Of a stretch of 64,000 nt of DNA, positions 12,761 through 26,700 are shown one piece after another. Positions within the stretch are counted from its first letter, which is position 1, and every line of letters begins with the position of its first letter. The position numbers and the translations under genes were made by a program. Under the pieces are notes generated by a model, which was not told the DNA's origin, did not search any database, and saw only the letters and a program-made list of their open reading frames with translations. Source of the DNA: Camelus dromedarius (lineage: Eukaryota); assembly GCF_036321535.1 (NCBI RefSeq), contig NC_087437.1, positions 68,202,001-68,266,000 of the forward strand. Direction: 5' to 3'.

Positions 12761-14264
12761 ACTAAATAAAAATCAATTTAAGAAGAATATTGTTTGATGA
12801 TAGTGAGGAATGAGGAAATCGATTGAAACAGAAGAATAATCTTCCTTAAAGTAAGTTCCGTAGGTAACTTGATTCATCTAAATGGCAGAGTTGAGTAATG
12901 CTGGCAGCAAATTCTCATGCTTTGTATTTTGCCTCGTAGTCACCTAGAAAGTTAGTTACTGGTAGGAAGTAGAAAAGATAGAGAAGTATTTCTTTTTGGA
13001 CAGAATACCACTTAACTGGGCATCCTCTACTTTCCTCATTTGACAGAGATTGTCTATAGTTGAGAAAAATATCAAGAAAAATAAAGGAGTTTGACATAAA
13101 GTACAAGTTACTAAGACTCAAGGTTACCCACTAAGATCTGAAGTAAAATATGTAAAGGGGATACAAACATATTCTGAGCATGAAAAAATATTCGTACAAT
13201 GAAAGGAGGGGTCATACAGTATTGTTAATTCATTGTCAGTGTTTGTTTACGAAAAGTATTCTGAATTTGCAAATCAAAGTAAATTTGGAGGTGATTAGAA
13301 CAAACAGGAGTGTTTTCTGGGACTCAAAGAAGCAATACCCCAGAGAACAAATTGTCCTTCAGCTATAACTTTATTTGATTATGATATAAGATATTCTTAA
13401 TCAAAATGGATGCTTTCCTACATATTAAACAAGGTTTAATATATATATTTTTTTATTTAAGACTGACGCATTTCAGGCCTAACTCTATACAGGAACAGGG
13501 ACTTGAGGTGGAAACCATTCTTTTAATGAAATGACAGTGCAGATGAAAGAAGATTAGAGCTGGAGATGTGACCTCTGTGTACAGAAGAAAGTCACAGGCT
13601 ATTGTTTGGCTGGATGTGAAGTACTCCCTTATCCTTACCTACATGGGAAAAGGCAAGAGACAGCAAGCCCTTCTTGCCCCCCAAATTATACATTTCCCAT
13701 CATCCTCCCCTCCCTTCAGGACATTTTCGCCATATCTAGAGGTGAAAAGGTCTAACCCTAAGAAAAGTAATTCATGTCTTTGGGACCCAGATGGTACAGG
13801 AAATTAGACAGTAGGACGTGAGGCTAAGAGAGCAGTAAGTGTTTTTGTTTGTTTGTTTTGTTTTGTTTTTGTATGTTTGTTTCTTTAGTTATTTTATTTG
13901 GGTTTTTAAAAGCAATTTAATGAAGACATTCTTTCTCACTCTGTTTCCCTTCTCCCTGTGGTCTCTTTTTTACTGTCTTGTAACTTTTCCTTATTGTTTA
14001 TAAACAACCTGAATCTGATGAGCAGGAATGATTACTGAGGCTGTGCAGAAGGAAGAGTGTGAGGAATGTATAGAGGGCTGTATATTTCTCTTTTAAAACT
14101 GAACAGCATCCATTTTCTTAACCCTCAGTGAATAAAAGAACCCTTCACAGTGGGCCCACAGGTATTCCTTCTCCATGTCAGTTTAAATCTTTGCATTTGC
14201 CTGAGTACAAGATGTCATAATTACTATATGTTTGTCTGAGAGGAGCTGCACTTGGTCAGTTTTG

Positions 14265-14436
14265 TGGTTCTCAACCCTAGTTATATATTAGAACCATTTT
14301 GGGAGCTTTCAAAAATTCTGATTTTCAAGCCACTCCAAAGATGAATTAAATCAGAAACTCTAGGTATTGGACCCAGGTATCAGATTTTTCAATATCTCAA
14401 GTGATTCCAAGATGTAATCTAGGTAGAGAATGACTG
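14265..14436. mobile_element. MER5A hAT-Charlie DNA transposon
   Basis: gtggttctcaaccc...ttagaacca...aaatcagaaactctagg...agtgattcc...gagaatgactg. Confidence 0.8.
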
Positions 14437-15169
14437 TGATCAGGATTTAGATTCTTCTCAACAAACAGACGTACAATACCGTAAGGCAGTAATCACATAC
14501 ATACATTCCTTGCCTTATTAACAACATAAAATAAGAAAACAACATGTCAACCTGCATTTTAAACAGTTAGCATTCTGTAGATATGAACATGAAGACATCG
14601 TACTTAAATACCCAAATGATGCTAAACTGATTGAGGGACGAGGACTAGTAAAAATATCTTTTAACAGAAGGTTTAAAATATTTGTATCCATATGATGAAT
14701 GTAGTGTGGGCTAAGACATAGAACAAGAGGATATTTTAATTTTAAATTGTAATACTGGAGACCTGTTTGCTGAATCTATTGCTATTATGGTGCTAATGCT
14801 TGGATAAAAAAATTGGTTGACATTTCTGCAAGGATCATGTCAGAAACCCTGCCTACTTCAAAATAACTGCAATATGAAGCAAGCTCTAAGTGTCAGTATT
14901 TGGAGAATTACATTTTTTGCTTTCTGACAATTGATGAGTAGGATTTGGTTTTTTAGTCTGGTAGTAGTTTGTTTCTAGTTTGGATTAACTCTAATTTATC
15001 CATGAACATAGGACTCAAAAGTCTCATACTAATGAGACACTCGATTCTGTTACCAGAGGTTTCTCATTTCCACATTTCACAAACCTATTTCTTTTCTGTG
15101 GATTCATCACTGGTGAAACAAAGATAAATAAAATACAGCTTTTATCATCAGGTTGCTCACAATGTAAGG

Positions 15170-15940
15170 CATTGTTTCTCAAAGTATGGTCAGAATTGCC
15201 TGGGAAGCTGTAGAAATATAGATTCCCTGTAACTCTACAGATTCTGATAAAAATTTTGGGTAGAACACAGGACTCATTATATTAGTAGACTCTCTAACGG
15301 AAACAATAGGAAGATACATAACATAAAAGATTTGGAAATGACGTTGTTGTTCATCTTGTCAATACTTCTCAAACTGTCTAAGGTGAAGAACCCATTTTCT
15401 TTTTCTTTCCTTTTTAATTTCCAGCACATAATGGATTAAGTAGAATCTAATACAAATGAACGTGTAAGGAAAAAAAGCCATGAAGGGAAAATAGAAAATA
15501 TAATCCTTAATTTCTTATTATTAGGTTGAGCAGACAAAAGTATTATTCTATCAAATGGCTATAAAAGGTTTTAAATGCCTACTCTCAATTTTTGTACTTA
15601 GTAATTTCCAGGCTAGCATTGGTCTTCAGACTAAACGTTGAGTAGCCATGTTTTCCATTTTTGTTCAGAATAGCACTACCTCTGTGAGATACTAATAGAA
15701 TAGAAACCAAAGGAAAGGAGTCCATTGTCAATCAAATTTGGGAAGTAGTAAGAAAAATCAAATTTCCTTATTGTAAAACATCTCACAGTGTCTACTGCAC
15801 CACTGTGTTTGTGAACACAGGAGAAGGAAATAGCATGCAGCTTCCCCAAACATTATTCTACCATGGATATCTTCTCAAGGGCACTGATTAACAACTCTAG
15901 GAAACCAGTTTTTAGTTGAACATAATTAAGGGAATACTGA
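15170..15940. mobile_element. Cluster of degraded hAT-Charlie MITEs (MER5B-like and others)
   Basis: Several Charlie-type termini: cattgtttctcaaagtatggtc, caatacttctcaaactgt, ttgagtagc, gggaatactg. Confidence 0.5.
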
Positions 15941-16384
15941 TTTAGTTAAGTTTCTTCGTTTTTCCCTTGAGGAAACAGAAGCCTAGAGATGTCAAGTGAC
16001 TTGTTTATAGTCAAACAACTATTTCATATACTAGTTAACTAATAGTTAGTTAATTAAAATTAAACAAACATTTAATGAATGTTTACCAAGTGTCATATAG
16101 TCTACCATGTGCTTTGTCTTCCAAGATGACAGAATCATTTGTGGACATGAAGGAACTACTCATCCACCCAGGGAACACTTGGTTCCAATTTCTCTGCAGA
16201 CACTTACATCACTAATATTTCTGTGCTCATTCATATGTTCCCGTTACTCTTTCAAAGGTTTCCCTGCTATTTGTAACTAAGGACATTTTTCTTGAATGAC
16301 ATTGACCTAATCTTGGCCAACTTTGTTGAAACTGAGTAGTCATGCAATCTGGTTTAAAAAAAAGTGTAGGGAATTTGTTTCTTA

Positions 16385-16615
16385 TTCAAAGAATATTTGC
16401 ATAGCAGTTACTTGGGTCAGACAGTGTTCTTAGCATTTTGCAAATGTTAACTGATTTAAACCTTATCTCAAGGGTTTGAGGTCAGTATTTTTATACTGAT
16501 TTTAGAGATAAAGAAACTGAGGCATAGAAGTATAAAGTAACTTGTCCAAGATCAGAGTTTACGTAGACCTAGAAGTCAAACCTAAGTAAACTGATTCCAA
16601 AGTCCATGTTATACC
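16385..16615 (-). mobile_element. MIR SINE
   Basis: ttttagagataaagaaactgaggcatagaag...aagtaacttgtccaagatc. Confidence 0.85.
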
Positions 16616-17679
16616 AAGTAGAAATGTACGTCTACTTTATAAGAGTACTTGTTATGCTGGTTTAAGGTAACAGGAAATTATGCAAGTGAATGAGAATATT
16701 TTAAGGAATTCAGGGTATTTATTGAAACTGATATTAAGTGTTTAGAGACATGATTTTTTTTTCTGTTGTCATTCATCTTGATGAGAGCCTGTTTTCCTCA
16801 AGAGATATGAGAGAGGGCTTTCCAAGACAGTTAATAAAAATTGTATGGGTGTTATCTTAGCGGAGCAGGATCCTGAAAGGTCATCAGAGTTCCTAACTGT
16901 GCTCTAGGAGTTGAACCAACTATAGATTTCCTGTAAGAAAATAATGGTTGTATTCCCTGCATGAGAGAGGGGCATTTAAGTCTAGCAAACAGAATGAACC
17001 TTTTTCAAGCTTTTCTCCTGTGATCTTTTTTTGCCTTTCATACCCCATGTACCATGAAAAGTGTTATAGGTACAAAATTGACTAAAACACATTCTATGAC
17101 CCCACTCAAATAAGTCTACTGAGAGAAGAAGCTTTAAAACACATAATTAAACAAGTAAGTGTGCTCCATATTATTATTTATCTGCACTATAATTTATCAT
17201 AAGGCAGAATATGACAGCATGGTCCTCAATATAATAATCTTTTCTTACGTTTCTCCGAGAGCACCGTGACTTCTAGGTTTGATAACCACTAGGTTGGTAC
17301 TCACCTTCACTTTAAGGATTAGGATAATAGATACACTGGAGTTTATGACACACCCAGATCTCATGGTCAAGATCTGGTGGAGCCAGGGGTGGGGTGGCCC
17401 TCATGTCAACAGGTTCTAAATCCATGGTTCTTTCCATATTTTTGATCTGTTATGTAATTTTTGTTTCTTGGTACTCTCCACCCATCCCTGACATAATAGA
17501 AGATAACTAGTACTTTTTTTCTTATACGAAAAGAAAAATATTTTGATTTTGGTCTGTTTATTACATGGCAAATTTTAGTTTTCAGCATTCTACCTCTATA
17601 ATATGATAGATGGGTAATTAGTTTTGCACAATTGTTCACATAGTATATATTCTTTGTCTTTCAAATGTATCAAGATTCA

Positions 17680-18150
17680 GTGTGTTTAAAATCCATTCTA
17701 AAGACTAAAAACTTTCTTTGAAAAAACTGAAGACATTACAGATAAGAAATAAAACATTGCAAATAAATGACTTAAAACTTCATTCATGGTCCCCTCTTTC
17801 CTTTTCTAATGGAGCCATTGATTTCAGTTTGATATGAGTCCTCAGAGACTGTTTTCTGCATGGTCATATGCCTCTATCATAAGTGTACTCATAGAAATAT
17901 GCTGCAATTTTAAGATATGTCTTAAGATAAGTATTGTACTCAAAGTATGTGCTGGCTTCTTGCTTTTGTTTCTTCGATAGTAGGACATCAGTTTGTTAGA
18001 CTTAAATCTACCTGGCTATTCCTAATTGTTACATAGCATTTCATAATTTGGATATAACACATTTTATTTGGCTATCCATACAATTCCCTATTATAAACAG
18101 TGCCTCAATGAATATTTTTCTAGGGTCTCTTTATGCTCTGGAGAAATTTT
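17680..18150 (-). mobile_element. Old L1M(E)-like fragment
   Basis: catagcatttcataatttggatataacacattttattt...attataaacagtgcctcaatgaatat. Confidence 0.55.
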
Positions 18151-18364
18151 CCAAGATGTCAACTATAAACTTAACAGTTTATAGTTTAGGGCAGTGACCT
18201 TTCTAGCAAGAAGTCAGTATCTAAACCCTGGGTATTAAAGTAAAAATTACCTGCCATGAAATGTTAACATTTCACTTTCATAGGTTAGCTTCCCAGAGGT
18301 AGCATGCAGTGGTAGGACTGTAGCAACACGAAAGGAAATTGGCATGTAATAAATGAGTGAATAT

Positions 18365-18780
18365 TGTCATTTAGTCAGTCAGTCAATCCAGAAATATTTA
18401 TCAAGGACCTACACACCCTCCAGTGCCAAGCTCTGTGTTATGTGGAGGGAAAACAGTGGTGAATGAGACGCAGTTCCTTCTTTTTAGTAGCTCACAATTT
18501 TAAAGGAAAGAGAAACAATTCATGTTTGTTTCTTTATGCCATCTCAGTATTTGTGTAGGGATATGTGTAAGGCAATGTAGCAGCATACTAGAAGATCTTC
18601 TAAAAGGGTGGGAGTGTCTGCTAAGGCTTTCCAAGGTATGACTTCTATCTTGAGATTTGTAAAAGAAGCAGAAATTACAGACAAATTGTGGGCATGGAAT
18701 GGGAAAGACATTCCAGGCAGAGGAAATTTCATGTGCAAACAAGTAGAAGAAAGAGCTTATATATTATGGGAGCTTAGTAC
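18365..18780 (-). mobile_element. L2 3' region
   Basis: catttagtcagtcagtcaatccagaaatatttatcaaggacctac...gggaaagacattccaggcagaggaaa. Confidence 0.8.
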
Positions 18781-21178
18781 AACTAGAGTATAAATATTAA
18801 ACTGTGGTGTGAAATGAGAGACATGCAGACTTTTACTAATGTGTAGTCTTTATTTTAATGCTATAATTTTGATGGCATCAGCCAAAAAAGTGGTTTTTTT
18901 TTCCCCTTTTACAGTAACTCACTCATATTTAATGTTATAAGTACATGATCCTTGGTGATTTATTAAACATTTAACAAATATTTATTGAATCATGACCTAG
19001 TGCATTATGATGTCTTGGATGTTAAATTCAGATTTCACTTAAGAGGGAAAATATTCCTAATTAAGTATAATTTTTATTTCTTAATACAATTTGCAATGGA
19101 GAGGTAGCAAGAAAAAGAGGGTAGCTCAGATGCAAAATCAGGGGCCAGATTCAAGAAGTCTTTTCCATGAAGAAAGTTAAAAATTTTATAGTGGTTTAAA
19201 AGCGTAAGTTGATGATATTTCAGAAGAAGGATTATTATTAGGAAAGAGTCTATCACTAGTTTTATAAACTAAAAAATTAAGTAGGAGTGTTTTTTTGCAA
19301 TGAAAAATTTTCAGTACCGTGCTAATTTCATCACTTCATGTGACAACCCAAATCACAGGTATCAAATTATTCAAGTAACTTGAAAATATGCACTTTATTA
19401 TATTTATTTCTCCTCTTCCTCTCCTCTCTCTCATCCCTTAAGCATATCTCATTATGTCTTAATGATTCTTTAATTTGCATTTGGTCAAATAAAATATGAA
19501 ACAACCCTATCACAACAGCCACTTCAGTAATCAAGATGATAATATAATAATGGAATGTTAAAATATTTTCTCATTTAAAATAAATGTAATTTAAAATATC
19601 ATGTCTCTACTTGAGACTGTTTCCAGACATCCAATTGGACACCTAATTGGAAAGCATGTAGAATATCTCAGTGAAGTACCACCATGGAGAATATCAGAAA
19701 AAGAAAAAAAAAAAGTTAGAAATAGCAGTGAAAAAGTTTATTGGATTCGACTTTGCATTTGTAGTATATTTGAAGTAACCTAGAACATAACTGAATTATT
19801 CATTGATATTTATATTCATTCATTTCACAGATACTTATTAAGTACCTACTTGGTACCTGGGATCATTCTAGATACTTGTGGTTCATCATTGACGAATTCA
19901 GTAGCAGCTGTAAATTCCTTTTGGATTTATGAAATCATTGTTAACAGTCATTCCCCAGACAACTTCATTTCTTAGGTTTTCTTACCCTTGAGGGCAAACC
20001 TAGCATCTTGAGCTCAGTGGAAACAGATACCATTTGACTGATTGACAATTATGATTTGCACTTAATATTTCATATCCTGAAAGCTTTAAAATTCATTAAA
20101 TTTGAACTGTAATGTTGTTGATCATACTTAAAATTCTGCTGGTTCAGGCTAAATATTTTATTTCATTTATTTTTTTTTGTTTATAATTCTAACTCTGCAT
20201 TGATGAAAGGTTTATTCTTAACAGAGATAATTTAGCTTCTGTTTTTTATTTCAGTTTATTTTACTAAAATTGGAGCATTTTTAATGAGTATTGGATTTTA
20301 ATCTTAAACTCTTCTCTATGAAAACTACAATACCTTACCACAACTTCCTGAGAGATTTGAACACAGATTTAAGGTCTGACTTCCTACCAACCCCTCCCTC
20401 ATGGCATTTTCATTGGAGATATCAATTCTCTTCAAATTTCACATGATAGAGAAAAATCCAAAGAGAGAAAATGGATTAATAGGAAGCTTAAGGGAAAGAA
20501 AGGTTTCAAGACCCTTCAGGCATAAAATCAAATTTGAAACACTTGAAACTCCTAAGAGGATAGGAAGCTAGATAAGGGTCTAAGGTTGCATACAGAAAAG
20601 GTATAATCCATAAGAAGTTGTAAGTGGGAAGAAATGTAATGTCATAGGTAGAGGAAAAATAAGCTAGTCTACATAGCATGATGCAGCAGAAAAGCAGCAG
20701 GGAATTATCTCTTTAAGAAGTTATGACACACCAAACACACATACATACACACACTCCTACAATGATGTTCAGTGCTAGGTGGGTTCCTTTATGTATGTGT
20801 GTACGTCTCTCTCTTTCTCTCTCTCTCTCTCCCCACACCCTTCCCTCCCCTCCTCCATCTCTCCCATATTCTCTAGTATTGCTGATGTACTAGTGTACTC
20901 ATCCAATCCTACTTGCTCAGTTATAAGCTATGTTAAGTTAAAGGCCAAGAAAGGACTGCATCTATACATTGTCTGTCCCTGTGGAGCCCAGCCTGTTACC
21001 TTATACATATATGTTAAATTTACTCAAAAGATACTTCTTTTGGAATGAAGAAATATATGAATAGATAAATGGATGGCTGAGGTGTATGAATAATGAACAA
21101 ATGAGTATGTGAAAAAAATAAACAACATACTGTTGTTGGAAACAATGCAAGTTAAACTTAAAATGGTGGAAATACTAT

Positions 21179-21500
21179 TGCAGGTCTGGTTTCCTAAGAA
21201 GCAGACTCTAAGACAAAGATCAAAGTTTATTAGAAGTGCTGTTGAGGTCAACACCTGTGGGGAGTGAAGGAAGCATGCTTGGACAGAGGGAGGAGTTGAA
21301 CCACAAGCCATTTACCACAGCAGCCTCAGCTGACTCCATTTGGGGCCAGAAGTTCATACCCAGGTAGCTGTAGGGAAAAGCCAATGTTTGCCCGATATGT
21401 GCTTGGAAATACCATCTTCCTGCCCATGCCTGTGGTCCCCAGATGCCCAGTCCACTAGAGACCTGAAGAAAGTGACCCTCCCCATTCCATCCCACGACCA
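21179..21500 (-). mobile_element. LTR16A-like ERVL LTR
   Basis: ggtttcctaagaagcagactctaagac...aacacctgtggggag...ttggacagagggaggagttgaa...gcctcagctgactcc. Confidence 0.7.
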
Positions 21501-22729
21501 TTTGAGTATTGTAGGACATGCTCTCAGAATGCTAGCTAGAAATGCATGGAATTGATGACATGTCTACTGCACAATTAGTGTATGATTATTTTTAGTTCCT
21601 AACCATGTGAAATAAAATATATTAAAAAAAAAAACAAACCTAATAGTGATTTAAGCAATGCATTCCCTGGGTATGTTAGTGACCATGAATTTGTACTAGT
21701 CAATCTCCATTTTTGGTAAAGTAGTACTTTCTTATATGGTTGATTCAAAATACTGAGCAAGAATAAGACTGACCAGGAGAATTATCTTCAAAAATATACT
21801 CTGATAAAAAATTAACAGACAAATCCTTGGACAAAGGGTGTCCCCAAAGAAAGGTCATAAATTTGGAGAGGGACTCAATTGATATCTCAGTGAGAAAGAT
21901 TTTGTAGCAAGGGAATGAATGTTTTATTCTTGGAAATAGAAGATTTAGGTGTGTACCGTAGCATCCACTACAAATGCTGTTTAAAAAAAAAAAGTTGTTT
22001 ACCATTTCTGTAGAAGGCAAATCTAGGGCCAGTAAATGGAAAGGGGAAAGATTTCAGCTCAAGTTAAGGAATAGTTAAGTAATTTTCATCATTATAAAAT
22101 CCTTAGAATGGAAAAATCCCAACAGAGCCTTGATAGGCTTTTTTGTTTTATTACCTGTTTTATTACATAAGTGTTATACATCAGATGGCAAAGGGATGAG
22201 GTAGGACTTCCCAACTCTGGGAATCTGATTTTACATTTTTATGCAAAATGTAGCACACACACACATATATGTATCTTTTCACTATGTTTATGTATGTGTG
22301 TGTGTATATATATACACGGTGATATATCACTCAAATTCACACTTGGTGGAGTTTAATCAGAAGTTTATACTGAAATTTTTAAGATTTTTATCATAAAATG
22401 AAATTATCAGAATTCCAGGATGTGCCTGTGAATAACAGGAACTAGCGTCTTGGGATGGGTGGAGGAATGTGTGAATGGCACTATGTATTTCTCCTGAGGG
22501 TAGCAAAAATCTAAGGTGGGAATATAGGAGAATTAAAGGAGTAGGAAAAATAAAAGGACACTGAACCCTGAATGAGTTTAATTTAGCTACATTTCTGTGA
22601 GAGAAAGCAACTATATGCTTTCACATGAGGAAAGGAAACTAGTAATTGTTGAACCTTGCTGAGTACCAGGCCCTCGGCTATATGTTTAGGCTCTATTATC
22701 AGTGTGAGAATAGCAAGGTGTTGCATAGC

Positions 22730-22920
22730 ATGAACTGGTTACCAGATACTCTTTTTAAGGACTTGACATTTGTTAATGAATGTATTGTACAAAACCATTT
22801 GAGAGATGTATGCTAATATTCTCATTTTATACATGGGGAAACTGGGGCACAGAGAGGTTTAGTAACTTGTCCAAGGTCATGGTGCTAGAAAGTGGTAGTG
22901 CTGAGATTTGAACCCAGGGC
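22730..22920 (-). mobile_element. MIR(b) SINE
   Basis: cattttatacatggggaaactggggcacagagaggtttagtaacttgtccaaggtca...gagatttgaacccagg. Confidence 0.9.
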
Positions 22921-23319
22921 AATATGAGATACTGCTGCTCATCTTACTTAAGAGATTGGTCTTCATTGCTGTCTGCAGGATGATGTGAATTATATTGGAT
23001 TGAGAGATAACTCCAAAGTGCTGAGGTAAGATTACCAATCAAAATGAAAGTAGTCCAAAACGAAATGAAAACTTCCTCTTAACAAGGATTTTCTAAAACA
23101 AGTTTGACACATCTCCATTGGTAACAAATCACTCCTTTGTGTTTTTTGAATATACAGCTTGCATCCTGATAGGTTATATACATCATATCTGCCTACTTAA
23201 GGATCCCCAGTGTGCAAACTCTGTTGTTCTTCAGGTTTTCAGTGTTCTCTGCTGCCTCCAATAAATTTTTAAAACAAGCTAAAAAGTTAAAATGATGTAT
23301 TCTAGGGAGGAAGAATTGT

Positions 23320-23530
23320 ATAGCAGAGTTGGTAAGGCTGAGGTTTTATTCCAGCTTTACCATTCGCTAGCTATAAAAATTTAGTTCAATTACGTACTCT
23401 TTCTAAGCCTCGATCTTCTTGCCTATTGAATGGATTGTGATACCTACCTTTTAAAAGAATCATAAAATATTCAGTAAGGTCATATATTCATAACTCTTTG
23501 CACATCACAGGAACTGAATACATGCTGTAT
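23320..23530 (+). mobile_element. MIR SINE
   Basis: ccagctttaccattcgctagcta...ctctttctaagcctcgatc...tacctacc. Confidence 0.6.
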
Positions 23531-24939
23531 TAATTCTCCTTTATCTCTCAGTCCTGTAACTTGGCTTGATCTTCAGTTCATAGAAGGTAGCAGATAGATT
23601 CCTCCAAAAAGAATTCTACTTAAATAGTCTGAAATATACTAACTCAGCATACTTCTCTAAACTATATCCTACCTTTCTTACTGTTTATCTTGTTCATTTC
23701 AATGAGTATTAGTTTTTCTTTGAAGGCTATGTGTGAAAGAGAAGAGAGAAATAAAATGTAATATATTTTTCTTTCATTACCTCTTCTTAGAGATATAGAA
23801 AACTCACATCGCCAAAGACCAAAGTGGAAATTCTAAGAAGTTTACAACCGTTAGCTAATGTAAGGCTTTGACTTTTTCTATAGATTTATTGATACCATCT
23901 CTACCCTTCCCAACCACAATAAATAAGAGATGGTTGAGGTTATGTTTAGCAGGACAAGTAGATATATTTTGTTGGGCAGCTTGATGATAAGCCAGGAAGA
24001 CCTTGCATGGTAGCTCTACACTTTTCTGGTTGTTTAGTTCTTTTTTGACAAGGATAGGGAAATCTGATAAAGCCACTGCTTTCCTGTTAGTGAGCTATTC
24101 TAGGCTACAGTGAGTTTATAATTAATCAGTTGACATTGGATGAATGATAACCTTTGTTTTTAACATTTGACTTTGGGGGCATATTTCATCTCACCAAATT
24201 ACCTATTCTGAATGTTATAATTTTTATTGTAGACCTATGTACTTTTTTGTTAACCAGTAATTGATACATACAATCAACTCTCAGATTTCAGAAGCCAATT
24301 ATTCGTTCTAATAATTATCCAGGCTCTCTGGTTCCAGGTTTCCCCCTTGCTTGCCCTTCATTGGCCATTCATTAGCAGCTGTGCCCCAGGAAATAGGGAG
24401 GAGGTAGGTTACTTAGGTGAGTCTTATATGAGATGGTTGGACTTGAGGGCTTTCATAGATCCATGAGTGAAAACATCAAATGCAGGGCTAAATAGTGAGA
24501 CTGCGTTTTCAGTGGAGTTTACTTTTCCATTTCAGTATTGAAAATAATATGCAGCCTTCTTGCTCTTAGTATTTAAAGCCAAATTCATAGTTATGCCAAC
24601 AACAAAACTGACAGACTGTGTATATTTGTGTGTCTGTGTGTGTTTGAGAATATATTTTGCCAGCACTGTGTCTTCTTCATGGAATCTTTATAGCCCTGAA
24701 GCTGCATCATTCTAATGTCTCTTATCACAGACATGCTATTTGTAAACATAGCTCATGCATATACCTTTGGCAAGGCAATTGTCTCTCATTCATCTCGGCA
24801 TCTCTGTTGCCTTGAATTTGTCCTGCAGTCCAGAAAACAGAGCATTGCTGCTGAACGAGTAAATGAATGAATGATGAATGAATTTTTAAAGAACAGAATT
24901 AGAGCACAATTTAAATCACTCTTCATATCACATATGAGA

Positions 24940-26700
24940 TGCCATATTTCTGTTTAGTATTCCAAGCTGAAAAGTTGACTCTGTGGTATTGCCAGCATTA
25001 ATCCTCGAAAACAAACCATGAAAGTAGCAACCCTCCACAGAAGTGCTCTGTGTAATTGAACAATGCGTGCTCTCTCTGAGCTACTGCCTGAGCATTGGCA
25101 CCCGATGCAGAGTCTTGGCATCGTCGGGAAGCAGACAAAGAATCCATCAAAAGACTGGAGACAAGTTTGATATATGCAGTTCATCCCTCATCTGGCAACA
25201 TCAATGCCAGTCATGTCCTCACAGCTGTGGGGAATTCTGTTCATTTTATAGCACCTACATTACTACATATGCTTTCATAATCTGACTGTCAGAAATATCA
25301 GGGTGAGTATTGTACCTAGGAAAGATTGGCATAGCATGGCCAAGGACACAGCAAGTGATCCATGAGAAACAACGGTCAGGCCTTGCTTGGGCAGTCTTTT
25401 ATTTTTGTCCTCTTCCTCTGTGTAATCAGGTGCAGGGAAATGTCTGTACCAATCAGACCCAATTATGCGATGCCAGCCTTTTATACTATGATCTGAGTCT
25501 GACTCCCCTTTCCCCATTAAGATATTTTAAAAAAAGATTTTTTTAAGAAACTGATGAAAATCATTGGGGAAAGGTTTGGATAGTATCATTTAAACTGTTT
25601 TTATAGCATAATTTTAGGGAGGGAGAGGAACCCCTGCCCGTACAGACACATACACACACACACACCCACTTCAATTTATATCCATTCCTGTATGTTTATG
25701 AAATCTTGGTCTTTCATGAATGTATGAAGGCAACATATGGAAATGCAGCTGCTCCCCCAAAATATCCCCACTAAGAAGCCAGACTGATGATAATTCTGAT
25801 TATTTTGTGCCAGGGGGCTGGCTGGAGGGAGAGATCCGGGTGCCTGATTCTTCACTGTTGTGGAGGTTCTGGGCCTTTCCACGTTCTCGCGGACTGTTGG
25901 GTATAGGGCTGAGATGGGATAGATGCAAGGCGTGCTGGGCGGGGCCGTCCTCTTGTCTTCTTCCCCACCTACCACTCTGCCCTCCCCGAATGGCCACCCA
26001 CCATGGGGAAAGCATTGGTACTAGGCCAACACCATTATAGTAACACATACTGCCTCATTTCAGTATGATAAATGAAGAGTTTTAATGAAACTGGCCCACA
26101 CTGCTCTGGCAAGCTGCCTTATTTTTGTGTTTGAAACGGGAGTGATCCATCAGCCACACACAGCATCTCTGTCTCCGCATCCTTCCTCTGTGGGCCTGTC
26201 CATCCTCCTTACCCAGCTCTCTGTTCCCCTAGTGTTTCGTGCTGGACCAGTGGGGCAGTGGGTCTCAGCCCCCACTGTCCCGGCTTCATATCACTCATCG
26301 CTGCTGATGCCCAGGGTGAGTGGCTTCTTGGCCTTGTGCACATCGCTCTCGACTTCATTCTTCCCCAGCCCGGGATACGGGCATGCTAATGTGGTACAAT
26401 GTCTGGCGGGTATTAATTACACTTGCCGGCTGCTCCCTTATTAGACTTGCCTATCTCCCCTGTGAGAGGTTGTAAATCAAACTATGATTCATGACTTATA
26501 AAAAATGGGAAAAGGTACACAAACCACTAGAGGGGGAAAATCCTCCAAAAATAATAAATATAAACAAAGGGGAGGGATGACACCGTAATCGAGCTGGTTG
26601 GGCGCAGCACACAGCTCAGCATTTGGCTAGAGTGGATACGGGAGTTTTGGGTGATGTGTCCTTCTCCTGTTGTTTCATCATTTCAGAAGAAAAGGACGTG
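24940..26700. promoter_or_regulatory. Repeat-poor, CpG-retaining candidate cis-regulatory block
   Basis: Locally higher GC and CpG, especially 25830-26640. PBX-HOX-type TTGATTTACA (minus, 26471-26480), CTTATAAAA at 26495-26503, SOX-like AACAATG/AACAAAG, and weak CTCF-like CCACTAGAGGGGG at 26524-26536. Confidence 0.4.

Noticed and set aside
25676..26444. Four overlapping ORFs in the GC-richer block
   Set aside because: Overlapping ORFs are expected where stops are rarer. There is no homology or coherent splice structure.
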